A DNA stretch of 64,000 bases from Anaeramoeba ignava BMAN (lineage: Eukaryota > Protista > Anaeramoebae). Under the pieces are notes generated by a model, which ran no database searches, had not been told where the DNA came from, and saw nothing but the letters and a program-made list of their open reading frames with translations. Position numbers and translations under genes: made by a program. Positions 14,154 to 27,900 of the stretch are shown in pieces; position 1 is the first letter of the stretch; each line of letters opens with the position of its first letter. The DNA is taken from contig JAPDFW010000116.1 in the NCBI GenBank assembly GCA_028826165.1, forward strand, positions 1-64,000, in the 5' to 3' direction.

Positions 14154-17058
14154 ATGTTTCCAAAAACTGCAATCCTTTTGAAATATTCAACTCCAAATTT
14201 CGAAAAACCAACATTTTCAATTTCACCACTTACAACAATAAAAAAATCCAACAAAACAATATTTACAGAATCAATACTTGAATACGCAAGACTTTCATTT
14301 CAAATCCTCAAAGAACAATCAACTCTTTCACTTTTTCTTTATAATTCAGAAATCAAACAACTAAATTCATTTCAAACAAAAGATCAAAATTTGGACACAA
14401 TTATTAATAATCTGTCAGAATTTTCAAAACAAAATACAAACAATAAAGAAACAAAAAAACAAACTCTATCATCAAAACCTCATTTAATAAAAGTTTGGCG
14501 AAAGGTTCTCCAATCAATAACAACTGAAAATCAAGAATATGAAGGAAAAACAAAGAGCAGTTTTCATCAGAAATCTCATCGCATCATTTGCTTGGTTTCT
14601 CAAAAAGAAAATGAGATTTTTTCCGACCAATTTTTAATAGATATCATTTCAAAACAAAATATACGCTCAATCAAAAATAGACAATTAAGTTGGGATCAAA
14701 AAATGATGAATCAATCACAATTCGACTCAGAAACAATTTCCCAGAATTACCAATTGATCACAACTTGTGAAATTGTTCTTGGAGTTATCGATACTTCTTC
14801 CTTAAATGAGGATCAAAACACTTCCCAAAAAACCCAAAATCAAATCTCTTTATTAGAAAGAAAATTTTATCAAAAAGGATTTCATTTGCAAATAAAAAGA
14901 TATAAAATTCCCATTTTGAAATTGAACGACTTTATGAAAGATCTTGCCCAATACCATTTTCATTTAAGCTCCCTCCGCGTTATCGATATTCCTATGAAAG
15001 ATAAAAATCAAACTGAAAAGGTTAATCAAGTCAAACATGAAGTCATTTTTCTTTTCCAAAACAAAAAAAAAGGTGGAACACAAAAAAAAATAATCATTTT
15101 TTTTTAAAAATTAAAATCGAAAAATTTTTTCAATCAATAATTTCTAGTTCATAAAGAAGATGAAAAAGATTGGATTCCTGGAAACTTTGAATATTTTAAT
15201 CGATACCAAAAAACATGGAGTTGGAATTGTGGAGTTCAACCTCTTTCTCGTCTTTTCTCTTCAAAATTAGTCTATGCAGCAGCTCCTTTTACTCTTTCAG
15301 ATAGTCCCACAAAATGTCTATTAAAATATGTTTCAGAAGGTAAATAAAAATTAACAAAAAAATTTTTCCAAAATTTAAAAAAAAAATTGGAACTTTTTTT
15401 TTGAACAGGCAAAATTGTTATACTTTCACATCAACAAAATGAAGAGCAAAAAAAAGGCAACAACAAACAAATCATTCTTCTTTCTCACAAAAACCAAGTC
15501 TACATCATTCACACAACAAAACCTAGACCTTCTTCTCTTGAAAATGCAGCTGATTTACCACCTACAGCATTGATCCCAAACCAATTCTATCCAGAAACAC
15601 CTCAATCAAACAAAAAAAGACGGCATTTCAGCTCAAATAAGATTGAAATTTATACCCTTTTATTTGAATTAATTGTAAAGCAAACAATGATCAAACACCA
15701 AAAATATGAAGTTTCTTTGCAAAAAAATCAACATTTAACAACCCCTGAAATGGAAAGGATAACAAGATTAATTTCCCACAAACGATACCATAAATTTTTG
15801 TCAAACACAATTGATAACCATCTCACAGAATCCATTTTCTCAATTATAAAATGTGTTGGAGCAATGAATCCTCCCCAAGATTTAATTGAAGAATCCATTT
15901 CAAAATTATCTCGCATTTATGAAAATTTGGATAAAATTTCTGGATATCGTGATGTTTGGGAAGGAATTCGCAAATATTTCAAATTGATGAAAGATGAAGA
16001 AAATCAATTAATTCAATCATTTTACAATTTGGATGAATTATCAAAAAAAAATGCAAATAATAATTTAAATCAAAATCAAAATCAAAATCAAAATTCAAAT
16101 TCAAAATCAAATTCAAATTGAAAATGAAAATGAAATTGAAAATGAAAATGAAAATTTTCAAAATTACCCAAATCAATTGAATAACAATCATTTCCCAATG
16201 AATCAAGATCATTATAATTTTCATTATGCAAAAAAGAGACAATTTCATCCTCATAAAAATCAAAATCAAAATCAAAATCAAAATCAATATAATAATGATC
16301 CCAATTTTGTATTCCAGTCCAGACAAGATCAATTCATGAATCAATTAGGAAATCCACAAATAATACCAATTCCAAATACCATTCCTCAACAAAATAATAT
16401 CAATCCTAATACTCAACACAATTTTAATCCAAATCTTTTGAATCAACAATTCATTAATCCACAAAATCAACCTGATTCATTTCAACATCCAATACTCTTT
16501 CCAAATTTTCCATATGCACAACAAAATTTCCCACTTACAGCAAATATTTTTGGTTATTTTCCTTTTAAACAAAATTTTAATCCAAATCAAAATCCAAATT
16601 CAAATCCAATTCCAAATCCAAATCCAATTCAAAATCCAAATCCAATTCAAAATCAAAATCAAATTCCAAATCAAAATCAAATTCCAAATCAAAATTTTGC
16701 TCAAAATTTTGCTCAAAATTTTACTCAAAATCCAAATCAAAATTTTACTCAAAATCAAAATCCAAATCAAAATTTTAATCAAAATCAAAATCAAATTCCA
16801 AATCAAAATCAAAATCAAAATCAAAATTTTACTCAAAACCCAAATCAAAATTTTAATCAAAATCCAAATCAAAATTTTACTCAAAATCAAAATCAAAATC
16901 AAAATTTTAATCAAAATCAAAATCAAAATCAAAATCAAAATCAAAATTTTAATCAAAATCCAAATCAAATTGAAAATCAAAATTCAAATCAAAATCTAAT
17001 GAATTTTACACATTTTCCATTTTTCATTGATATAAAAAATTTTAATAACAATCAATAA
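14154..17058 (+). CDS. INTS13: Integrator complex subunit 13 (Asunder)-like, with a Q/N/P-rich C-terminal tail
   Basis: Motifs ESILEYARL, LNSFQTKDQNL, LAQYHFHLSSLRVIDIPMK and SPTKCLLKYVSEGKIVIL resemble INTS13 as recalled. Exons: 14154-15072, 15148-15339, 15409 onward, with GT-AG introns that keep phase. The frame stops at 16121, and ORF 16177-17058 continues in +1 (probable extra T at about 16119). The true 3' end is therefore either 16121 or 17058. Confidence 0.75.
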
Positions 17059-17130
17059 AAATAATTTTAATTTTTTCTTTTAAAAATTTTTTATTTATTT
17101 ATTTATTTATTAATTGTTCTATTTCAAATT

Positions 17131-20100
17131 CTAAATCAAATATTTTTTAATACTTTCTCCTCCAAGATAGGTTTCAATTTTAGAAATTAATTTTTGGCAT
17201 TGTTTTTCAACATGAATATTTGAGTCTTCCATTAATTCTGCAATAAAGGAAATTGATTCAGGAAGTAAAGTAACATATTCTTCACCTAAACGATCATAAA
17301 ACTCATAAATAGTCTTGATAACAGCAAGTCTAACAACAGGATCTTGACTTCTGCTTTTCAACAAAACTTGATGAGTAAGTGATTTCCAAAAAATATCATC
17401 ACTTGAAGTGACAACTAGTTGTCCTAAACAAGGAATCAAATGAGAATTGACTCGTTTTTCAAAAATTGGTTTTTCTTCTGATTCCATTTGAGAATCTAAT
17501 TGGTCCACTAAAGGTTCTAAAAATCTGTCGAATTTTTCTTTTCCAATTATTCCATCTGAATCATATAAGAAGCATTGATGAAGAAAATCAATGATATTGA
17601 TAATTGTTGCGTTTTGGAGTTGTATGTATTTTGCAGATATTTTTTTTGTTTTTTCTAATATTAAACAAGAAATATCGACTAAATATTCTAAATAAGGAAC
17701 AAAAATGGATTTCAATTTGAGAATCAATTCCTTTGAAATTTTAAACAAAACCAAGTGTTTTGACATCGAAACCTCAATTTCATCTTCATCTTCTTTCTCG
17801 GAAATTGTTTGATTTTCAGTGTCTCTTGGCGAATCTTGTTTTGCTAATGAATCAGATGAAGCCCAATGCAAAATTTTCAGGAAAATTGGTTTGAAATGTG
17901 ATTCATTGAGTTTTAAAACTAACGACAGAAATGCTGTAATTAAATGTTTTTCAATCAAATCAATATCTGCTTTTTCGTCTATTTTTTGGTTGTCAATTTC
18001 TAGGCTTCCGATCGCATCAAGATTGTTTCTTAGATCAAAAGAAGCAAGGAAGAATTTCAGCAATTCCTTATCGTATTCTCGTGCTGTTTTGAAATCTGTT
18101 TGCAGACACACATTTTTGAGCAAATCAAATAAATAGCATAAAGATTCTGTTCCTGAAACTGTTGCAAATTTAAATGTTTTCAAAATTGGTGCTATTATGT
18201 GCTGAGCCTGTATTTTCTCGGCCATTATCATGAATATTTGTGTTACAAGTGAATAAATATTTTCATTCTTTGATTTGAGGATTCTTGGATGAAGAAGTGC
18301 TGTTAAAACTTTTTGGAGGTGCGGACTTGCAAAGTTTGGGAAGTTGTTTAGCACTTCTTGAAGTGATGTTAATCCGCTTATTGCTAATAAATTTCTTTCT
18401 TCTAATTCTCGATTTGTTTTTTTGTCGGCTTGCTTAGATTTACTGTTTTCAATTTCCATTTGCATTTCATTTGATTTTGGATCATTTATTGGTGAATTTT
18501 TTTGATTTTCTTTTATATTTATATTTATATTCTCTTTTCCATTTTTAATATCAACTCTGCCTTTATAATTAATTAAGAAATAAATCGATTTGAAAATTAA
18601 TGGGAAATATCGTGGCAAATATTCAAGCACCATTGTCTTCACAGTTTTCGAAATTGTTGCCAAACACATTAAACCACTTGGCACAATTTGTTTATTCTTT
18701 GTATTTCTTTCAATTAACTCCAAAACAACAGGGAAAACTTCAGAAAATGTGGATGTGTCTTGATCACCAAAATAATTGCATAATGTGTCGATATTGAAAA
18801 CAATCATTTGCTGATTCACTATGTTTTCTTTTGTTGTTTTTTCTTTCAAAAATGGAATGAAATCTTTAACCATTCCCATCAAGAAAAGAACATCTTCATG
18901 AGAAAAAGAAAGATGTTGGGAATCCACTTTTTCGTTAAACATCAATAATATCTGTTGATTGATTTCCATGTCATTTCTGTATTTGCTCTTTTGTGGGCTT
19001 GTTTCATCATTTTTGGGTTTTTTGATTAAGTCAAGAATAATTTGAAAAAAGCTTTGCACAGAAAGTAGTTTATTCAATCCATGGAATATTTCGTTAATTA
19101 AATCAACCAATTTGCTGTGTTCTTCACTAGCTTTCTTGATTTCTTTGTATTTGGTTGAATTTGAGTAGTTGATTTTGATTGTTGTCAAAGAAATAAGAAG
19201 ATGCTCAAATAATTTCACATACAAATCTTGTATTTCCTTGTATTTCTCTTTTGAATTTGAAATGGTGATTAGTTGCTCTAAAAATATGTTTGTTCGAATG
19301 CTCTTTGAGATGAAATCCAGAATAGTTGTCCATTCAATAAAATTTAAATAGTTTTGGTGAATTTGTTTCTTTTGATTGAATTTGGATTTTTTCTCTTCTT
19401 TTTGATGCTTTTCAATCTTATTCTTTAATACTTCAATGAAGGAAATGATCTGTATTTTTGGTTCAAATTGGGTGCATAAATTTTGCGCAAATAAAACCAA
19501 AGGATGGTCTGAATTGTTTTTCGAACTCAATTTGAATTGGTTTGTGGAAATGGTAAATAGTTTCTTCACAACTATTGATAACCCAGAATCTATATTCATT
19601 GATTCGAGAAGCGATACAAAAAGATGTAATTGTTGTTGAGAGGGAATATGGTTGAAATTTTCAATGAAAACATCAAGAATAGACTCCGGATTGATGCTGC
19701 CTTCTTTCATTACAACAGGAATTATCATTTTGATTGTTCTTTTCACAATTGCAAATGTATAATTATCTTCTCTTTTCAGGATTTTTGTTCCGATAAATAC
19801 AAAAATATTGATGATATCTTTCAGAACTTCACGAGGAAATATTTTCGCAACAGAACATAATGCAATCAATGCGAGGTTGTGTGTTTGTGGATTGTCGCTG
19901 ATCTGGATACATTTCACAAGCAAATTGATCTTTGAAATTTGGTTCTTTGCAACTTCTATGTTTTGTGAATGAGATTTACTTGAAATATCCTCTGAAATAT
20001 TTCTGACAACAAGCAATATCAACTGTTGAATATATTCACTTGAGGAATGCTTACTTAAAGGGTTTTCTGAGTCTAAGAAAAATTCAAGAGTATCAAGAAG

Positions 20101-23100
20101 ACACGCAAGGTAGTTTTGTTTATCTTCTTCATTTTCTATGCTTTTTAATAACTCCAATGTATGGATTATTCTTGATAAAAATTGCTCTTCATTGTCTTCA
20201 TTTGTTTCTTTTTTCAGTAAATGCCGTCTTTTCTGTGGAGAATCTTTTTCTGAATAACCTTTCAATGTTTCTGGTATCGATAGTAATTTAGAGGCAAATT
20301 TGGATGAAATTCCAATTTTGTCAATTGTTTCTTGGATTAAATTGGAAATTTCAGGATTTGTAGAAACCGCTTTTGTTTCAATTAAACTCAATAAAATCTG
20401 GTATTGATAAGATTCTTCAATTTGCTCATAAAAAGAACCCACTAAAGATATTGCTGATTTTTGAACAGAAAAAACTTTCTTTTTCTTTTCATTTTCATTA
20501 TCATTTTCATTTTTTATCTCAAAACTTTGTGATAAAGGACATTTTATCAGTTCAAGATAGAATTGAAACATTTCGTTATCAGATTCAAACAGTTGTTTCA
20601 AAGGTGAATTAGATAAGCAACTGAGAAGATAATCCAAAATTTTCCATTCAAAAAAAGTAAGAGGATTTTGATTTTCTGAGTTTGAATCTTGGTTCTTTGT
20701 CTTTTCAAAAAGTCTTTTCATCAAAGGAAAAAGATCTTTCATTCTGCTTCCCAATTTCTTTTCATTGAAACACGAAATCAAGAGAAATTGAGCCAAACTT
20801 GATTGGAATTGCCCTAAGTGAAATATACATAAATCAATTATGCCTTCTGTTGCATGATTTTGAATAAAATTAGAAAGTGCATTTTCTGCAGTGTTTGCGA
20901 TTAATTCAGTTTTGTTTTTAATCAGCATCTTGAGAAAAGAAGTGGATTCCTTTCCCATATTATGCATTTTTTTGAATGAATACATAAAATAAGACGACAT
21001 TTTCTTGGTTTTCTTCTTGAGAATATCAAGCAATGATTTCGCAAATGAGAATCCGGCTTTTTTCAGTAATTTATGATTAGAATTCAACAAACACAATGTA
21101 TTTGGGATGTAATGATAAAAATCATTGAATTTACTCGATAAAGCAAGCATTATCGCACTTGCCATTTTCAGAGAATTAATTTGCACATTTATTTCAATCT
21201 TGTTTCCACTTTCGTTATCAAATTTGCTTTCTGAATTCCCAATAATAAAACTTCCAATAAATTGAAGCACTTTTGTTTCCATCAGCTTTGGGAATTGCTT
21301 GAAAAGATGAATAAGAAATTGGTCAAAGTATTTCTCAAATGAAATTAAATGTTGGAATGTAAGTCGAATTTGTTGTTGAGTTTCTTGTGTTTTTGGATCT
21401 AACGAGTCAAGGATTTGGGAGTAACAATAACAAATGATTTTGCGAGAATCTGAAGCACTCTTTTTAGATACTTCTTCAATAATTTCTTCGGGTGTATTTC
21501 CCAAATATTTTACTTGAGTTTGGTTTTCTTCTCTTGTGTTTTTTGGATTTCTCAAATGTTCTTGTCTCATTTCATCCAAATGAGATGATAATAGATTGTT
21601 TAATTTTGATATCAAATAATATTTGATTTCTTTTTCTTTTTCTTTTTCTTTTTCTTTTCCACTAGATATTTTGATTGCTTGGACTAATGCAACTTCCAGA
21701 ATAAGCATTGCGACCGAATATTCACTATTGAATTTAATCAAAGAATCAATTTGGTTCCAATTGAGAAAAATGTTTTGTGCAAGTGTTTCTACAATATCAA
21801 GGTTGTGTTGCTTGGTAATTTCCTTATTCTCAAGTTTTTTGTTTTGAGCTGCAACAAGTTTTTCAAATCCAGAAAACAGAGCATATTTACTTTCTGCTGC
21901 TATTTTAACTGCCATTCTTGATATTTCGTTTTCCAATTCAGATGATGTAAATAAAATATTGCTCAGAATCAACAAAATAATTTCCATTTCGAAATCTGTT
22001 TTTTGAGGCGTGATATAGGAACCGATAATTTCCAATGCGATTGATTTGAGTTCAGTTTGTTTTTCGATATTTAGATTGCAAAATACCAATTTTGAAAGAG
22101 TTTGGAATTTTTCATAAAGAGTTTGAAATTTTTCATTTTGATTTTCATTTTCATCATATTCATCAATATAATATTCTTTATCTTCACGAAATAGAATGTC
22201 TTTCAATCCGAAAATATAAGTGATAAAAGAAGAGTGTATTTCTGATTGATTTTTCCATTTTTTAGTAGCATTAGCTATTGCGTCATCTTTTTTGGAGCAA
22301 AGAAATTCAATGGATTGTTTTAGTTGTTGAAACAAAAGATCAGAAAAAAGATTTGCGAAGCTTTCTTTATGATTCTTGTTTTCCGAATATATCTGGACAA
22401 GATTCTGGATTGCAATCAACCGAATTGAATTTTCTGAATGGTTAAGTAGCAAAAACAAAGTAGAATTTTGATTTTGGTCGAAATAGTGGTGTTGTTCTGG
22501 GAACATCAAAGAAATAAATTCGAAAATTTGCTTTTTGTGTTCTTCAGAAGTTGATTCCTGAATGTAAGTACTCAGAACTTTATCAACATGACTGGGATAG
22601 CGTTGGTCTAAGTAACGGAGCAAAGATTGGATTTTTTGGATTTTCAATGTTTTGAGTTGTTCCTGACGAATCTGTTTGTTTTGGTTTGATTTGGGATTCG
22701 ATATCCATTCCCGACTCTTCGAATAATAATGTTGGCTTTCTTTTTTGAGATGGAGAGCGTGATTTTGAAGGCGAACGACCAAGTTGGAAATTAACCTCAG
22801 ACTCTGGTTTGCTTTTGGAATTAGGCATTTCGTTGTAAATTTTAATCAGGAAATTTGCAAAAGTTTCTGCGTGTTTTGTCATATCGATATTATATACGAT
22901 TTCTTCGAGAAAATTCATATTTTCATCAAGTTCTTGGGAAGATTGCGCGGATAAAATACGCGAGCACATTTCTTTGAGGATTGCATGAATACATTTTTGT
23001 GTGTGAGTTTGGGAATTCAATTTCACAATTGATTTTGCTAGTTTGTCGAACTTGAGCAAGTTGTCAAAAGATCCTTTTGGGAAATCAAGCAAAGAATTTT

Positions 23101-24055
23101 GTGTTTGAAAGAGAAATATGACGCATCTTAAGGCATCTGTTTGCTTTGTTTTGAGCTTTTCTTGATTCAAAGACCATTTCGTGATCAAGATAATAAAAGT
23201 GTTTGTGACCTCAATAGAGAGTTGTGTCAGCGAAGACAGTTTCATAATAACCATAAAAGTAGCAACTTGGAACTCGTCATTTGAATGGAAATTTGGAGCG
23301 TAATTGAGTCCAAATGTCAAATAAGGTATGATAGTTGTCAAGATAGTGTTGATTGAATCCTGAGACACTTTTATGTCATTTGAAAACAACAAAGTGAAAA
23401 TTTCAATTAAAACGTTTGTGTAAAAAGAAACGAGAACAGGAAACGAAATTCCATTTTCCACACGTTCTTTAACAAGCTCACAAATGTAATTAATCAGCCA
23501 AGGAGTTTTAATGCATCTGTTTACTAAAGAATTGCGATCGAAAATGGCACCTTCTTTTTGGATTGGAGCAAAAAATTCCCATCTTGAATCCTCCAAATTG
23601 CAAAGTTGGATTATTCGAGAGAATACTTTTGTTTGATGGAAAGGAAATCCAAATGCAACTAGTTCTTCAGTGTTGAAATGGTTGATTTTGAAGATCCTTA
23701 TCAAATACTCCAAACATTGATGAGCAGTTTCAAACATGAAAAATTGCGATAAATGATCAAGGAAATCTTTGATTAACATATTTAATTCCAAATTCTCTTT
23801 TTCTGACAATCGAAGTCTATCGAATCCTCTTTTGCTTTCATGAAATAAATCCTTTTGGAATTTCTTGAAATATTTATCGAATTGAATTAGATTTTTAATT
23901 GCATTAATTCCTATTTCAAAAATTGTATTGTCATCAATATCTTTTGCTTCTGTTGCTTCAAAAAGTAATGAAGGAAGTTGTTTTGGTGCAAGATAATCAG
24001 GTACATGTTTTCTAGAAGTTCTAATTGATTTTAATTGTTGATCTAAAATACTCAT
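17131..24055 (-). CDS. HEATR1: U3 snoRNP protein UTP10/HEATR1, split by one +1 frameshift near 22630-22780
   Basis: N-terminus MSILDQQL..PSLLF..EAKDID and CLEYLIRIFKINHFN; C-terminal BP28CT-type KLNESHFKPIFLKILHWA and LLPESISFIAELMED. Two overlapping ORFs (22583-24055 and 17131-22782). Confidence 0.92.
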
Positions 24056-24479
24056 TATTATATGAATTTCTATTATAATAATTCTAATTCTTTCTTTCTT
24101 TCTTTCTTTCTTGATATTAAAAAAAAAATGAAAAAAAAATGAAAAAAAATTTTTTTTCTTTTTCTTTTTCTTTTTTTCATTTTCATTTTCATTTTTTTTA
24201 ATTTTTTTTCAATTTTCTTTAATTGAATTTTTAAAAGAAACAATAAATTTAATTGCTCTATCTTGTTTAATATTAATTTTTTCTAATTCATTTTCAATTT
24301 TTTTGTTAATTTTATTTTGAAAAAAAGTTGAAAAATTATTTTCATTTTTTTTTAATTTTTCCGATTTTAATTTTTTTAATTTTAAATTTTGATTTATAAT
24401 TTCTTTTTCTAAATTTTTTAAATTTTCTTTAATTGAAATTTTTTGATTTTCCAAATTTTTTTTAAATAAATAAAAATGG

Positions 24480-24850
24480 AATAAATTTAATTCAATTAAT
24501 AAAAAAAAATGGAATAAATTTAATTAAATAAATAAATAAAAATGGAATAAATTTAATTAAATAAATAAAAAAAAATTAAAGATTAGATCTGCCTGAAAAC
24601 ATTTTGAATTTTATAAATAAATAAAAATGGAATAAATTTAATTAATAAAAAAAAATGGAATAAATTTAAATAAATAAAAATGAAATAAATTTAATTAAAT
24701 AAATAAAAAAAGTGGAATAAATTTAATTACTTAAATAAAAAAAAATTAAAGATTAGATCTGCCTGAAAACATTTTGAATTTTATAAATAATAAAAATGGA
24801 ATAAATTTAATTAAATAAATAAAAAAAAATGGAATAAATTTAATTAAATT
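24480..24850. repeat. Imperfect ~170-bp duplication with AATGGAATAAATTTAAT subrepeats in the divergent UTP10/BEACH intergenic region
   Basis: GATTAGATCTGCCTGAAAACATTTTGAATTTTATAAATAA occurs at 24581 and 24751. Confidence 0.8.
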
Positions 24851-24942
24851 CAATATTAAATTTTTCATTTTCATTTTTCATTTTTCATTTTTCATTTTAT
24901 TTCCTTTTTTCCCTTTTTTCTTTATTTTTTTTTAAATTCAAA

Positions 24943-27900
24943 ATGTCAAAAAATGATTCAACAAAAAATTCAAATCAAAAAAATTCTAATTTACTTTTTG
25001 GTCATGAATTAAAAGAAAAAGAAAAAAAATTATTCTTTCGAACAACACAAGAAACAGTTAATTTAAGAGAATTATGGAAAAATTTACAAGAAGCACAAAA
25101 TTCAGTAATAAATAAAAAATTAATAAAAATTAATAAGAATTAATAAGAATTTTTTTTTTTAAAAAACAAAAGTCAATTAAATTGGATTGCTACTTCAATT
25201 TTTCAAAACAATTTTTAAATGCTTATCAAAAGAGAAATCCTTTTTACAAACCAGTTTCAACTCAAATTTCAGGAATTGAAAATAAAAAAAGATCAATTTT
25301 TAAAAAGAAAAAAGAATCTAATTCACTTAAATTTAAAAAACTTAAATCTTTAACTCAATTAATTGCTCAAGACCAAGTTCATCCACCAGAATTAATTGCT
25401 AATACATTATACTATTTAGAACAATTTTTAGATAACATTTATGGTTTGATTTTTCCTTATTCAAAATTTGCATTTTTTTTTTTAAAAAAATTTTTTATAA
25501 AATTAATTTAATTTAAAAAAAAAAAAGAAAAAGAAAAAAATCAAATCAAAAACAAATTACAAAATCTAGTTATTTTTGGAATATCTTTAAATATGATTAA
25601 TGTTTTATCACAATCTTATTATAATCAAATTCAATTTTTGGATTTATCTATTTTTGAAAAATTACAAAAATTGTTTCCTCAAGCAACAAGTCAATTAATT
25701 TTTTTTGCAGAAGAATCAAAGAAAAAAGTAATCATTCTTTTTTTTTATATCTAATTAAAATTCTTATATTTATATTTATATTTATATTTTTATTTAAAAA
25801 AGGATTTTCAACATGAACTTAATATTAGAATTTATTTAGTCACTTTTTTAATAGAAAATGTCATCCAAATCATTTCTCTTTTTACTTCTCAACAAACTCA
25901 ACAATTTCCCAAGTTAAAAAAAATTATTCAAGATGGTGAATTTATTGATAATTTATTAAGTAAAAATTTTAAAATAAGAAGAATTTAAATTTAATAATAA
26001 AATTTAAATTTAAAATTTGAATTTGAATTTGAATTAGAATTCTATGATATATTTTTTAAAATCTCAAGAAAATTCATGTTTAATGAGAAATTTTATCTGA
26101 CACAAAACAAAATGATTACATTCTTTTTTGATATGATTAACAAAAAAATAACTTCTCAACAACAAATTTCCAAAATAAATCAACTGAATATTCATACACT
26201 TTTACCCCCAAGAATGGATATCAAGAACTTCAATTACTTGATTCCAAATCCTTTTGATTATTCACTTACATCAGATCACGAAATTCAAAATATTGAATTG
26301 GATTCAATCAAAGAAATTCAATTCCAAAATGGGATTTTATTAATAAATAGTACTGCTCAAATTTTAGAAAGTCATTCTTTTATCGAGAAGGAAATGATTA
26401 ATGATGTTGCTCTTTTTAGATTGGTTGATTTTATTTTGTGGCTTTCCTTGAATTTCTGTAAAAATGATAATGTTACTTTAAAAATTCAATCTCTCAACTC
26501 AAATGAAAATACTTCTGAAAGTAAAAAATTTCAATTAAATTCAAATTAAAATGTAAAAAAATGTATATTTATATTTATATTTATATTTATATTATTTTTT
26601 TCAGTAGTTACAGATTATCAAAATTTAGATCCTATTCCTTGTGATATTAATCCACAAACTTCTGATTATCAGAAAGTTGAATTTGATCAAATTAACGAAA
26701 AATATCATGTTGTTACATCTGATTTTCCTTTTGAAATCCCATTTGAAATTTTTTCAAATCATCATCTTCAAATCACATTTGATTCTATTTTAGGAATTTG
26801 CAAAATTTCTAAAATAAAGAATAACACTCCAATGTCTGAAGAAAAATTTGGAAAAGATTATTTCAAAACATTTAAAGATGTAAAGAGAATTCAATTCTCA
26901 TCTTTAGTGGAAAAATTACTATTTATTTGTTCAACATTATTTCAAGACAAAATTCGTTCCAAAAATTGGAATTTAGAACCAAGAAATTTCTGTTTAGATA
27001 ACCCTAGTTTGCAATTTTATATTCTCCAATTTTATATGCAATTATTCCAATTTTCCAAATCCAATTTTTTTTATACTGATGTTTTTTGGAAATCATTGCT
27101 ATCAAAACATTTTTATTATGGATTTAATCATGTAATTAGTTTTTTTTTAATTAGAAAAATAATTACAAGTAACAAAACCTTATTTAACTTTTCGACAATT
27201 TATTTTGCCTAAAATTAAATACATTAGAAATTTGAAAAAACAGATCTGAATATCCAAAAATTTGAATTTCTTAAGCAATATTTATTCAACTTCATTTATA
27301 AATTATCAACCGAGCAAATTTCATCAAATCTCTGTTTTATTGATTTAATTCATTTATCAAAACATAATATCAATAATTTGCAAGTTGTTTACGATCTGTT
27401 ATCTCTTCTTTATCACATAATCAACACACTTCCTCAAGAATCAGTATCCAAAATTATGAACTCTGACAAAATTTATGAATTTTGTTCCGTTTTTAGTTCT
27501 TTTTATTTGTTTGAAAAGCAATCATTTAATCAAAAAGAAATTGATGAAAAAAATAATCCGGATCAAGAATTGAAAATTTGGATCAGACTTCGATATTTAA
27601 TTTTCCAAATATTCAGTCTCATGATTATATATTCAATTCCTTTATCAGAGAAAACAAATGAAAAAAAAATCATGATTAATGATCCAAAAATAATCGAAAA
27701 AATACTAGAATTACTTTGCGAAGATCCATCACAAGACTATGCCTTCAGACATGCACAATATTTATTGAAAAATGTAAATCCAAATAACATTGAACATTTC
27801 CACAACTTTATCACGGCAATATTTTCATTTATCAAGACCTTATTACAAACCAAGACAGTAAATTCACTTGACAAGGAATCCAAAAGCGAGGAAAAGGCTT

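Noticed and set aside
17819-21847. Short plus-strand ORFs inside UTP10, and antisense ORFs inside BEACH and TFIIB
   Set aside because: They are antisense shadows of long coding regions with no recognisable motifs.
24209-24454. 81-aa K/N/E-rich ORF between UTP10 and BEACH
   Set aside because: It has a non-ATG start, low complexity and no motif. A tiny coiled-coil gene cannot be excluded but is unsupported.
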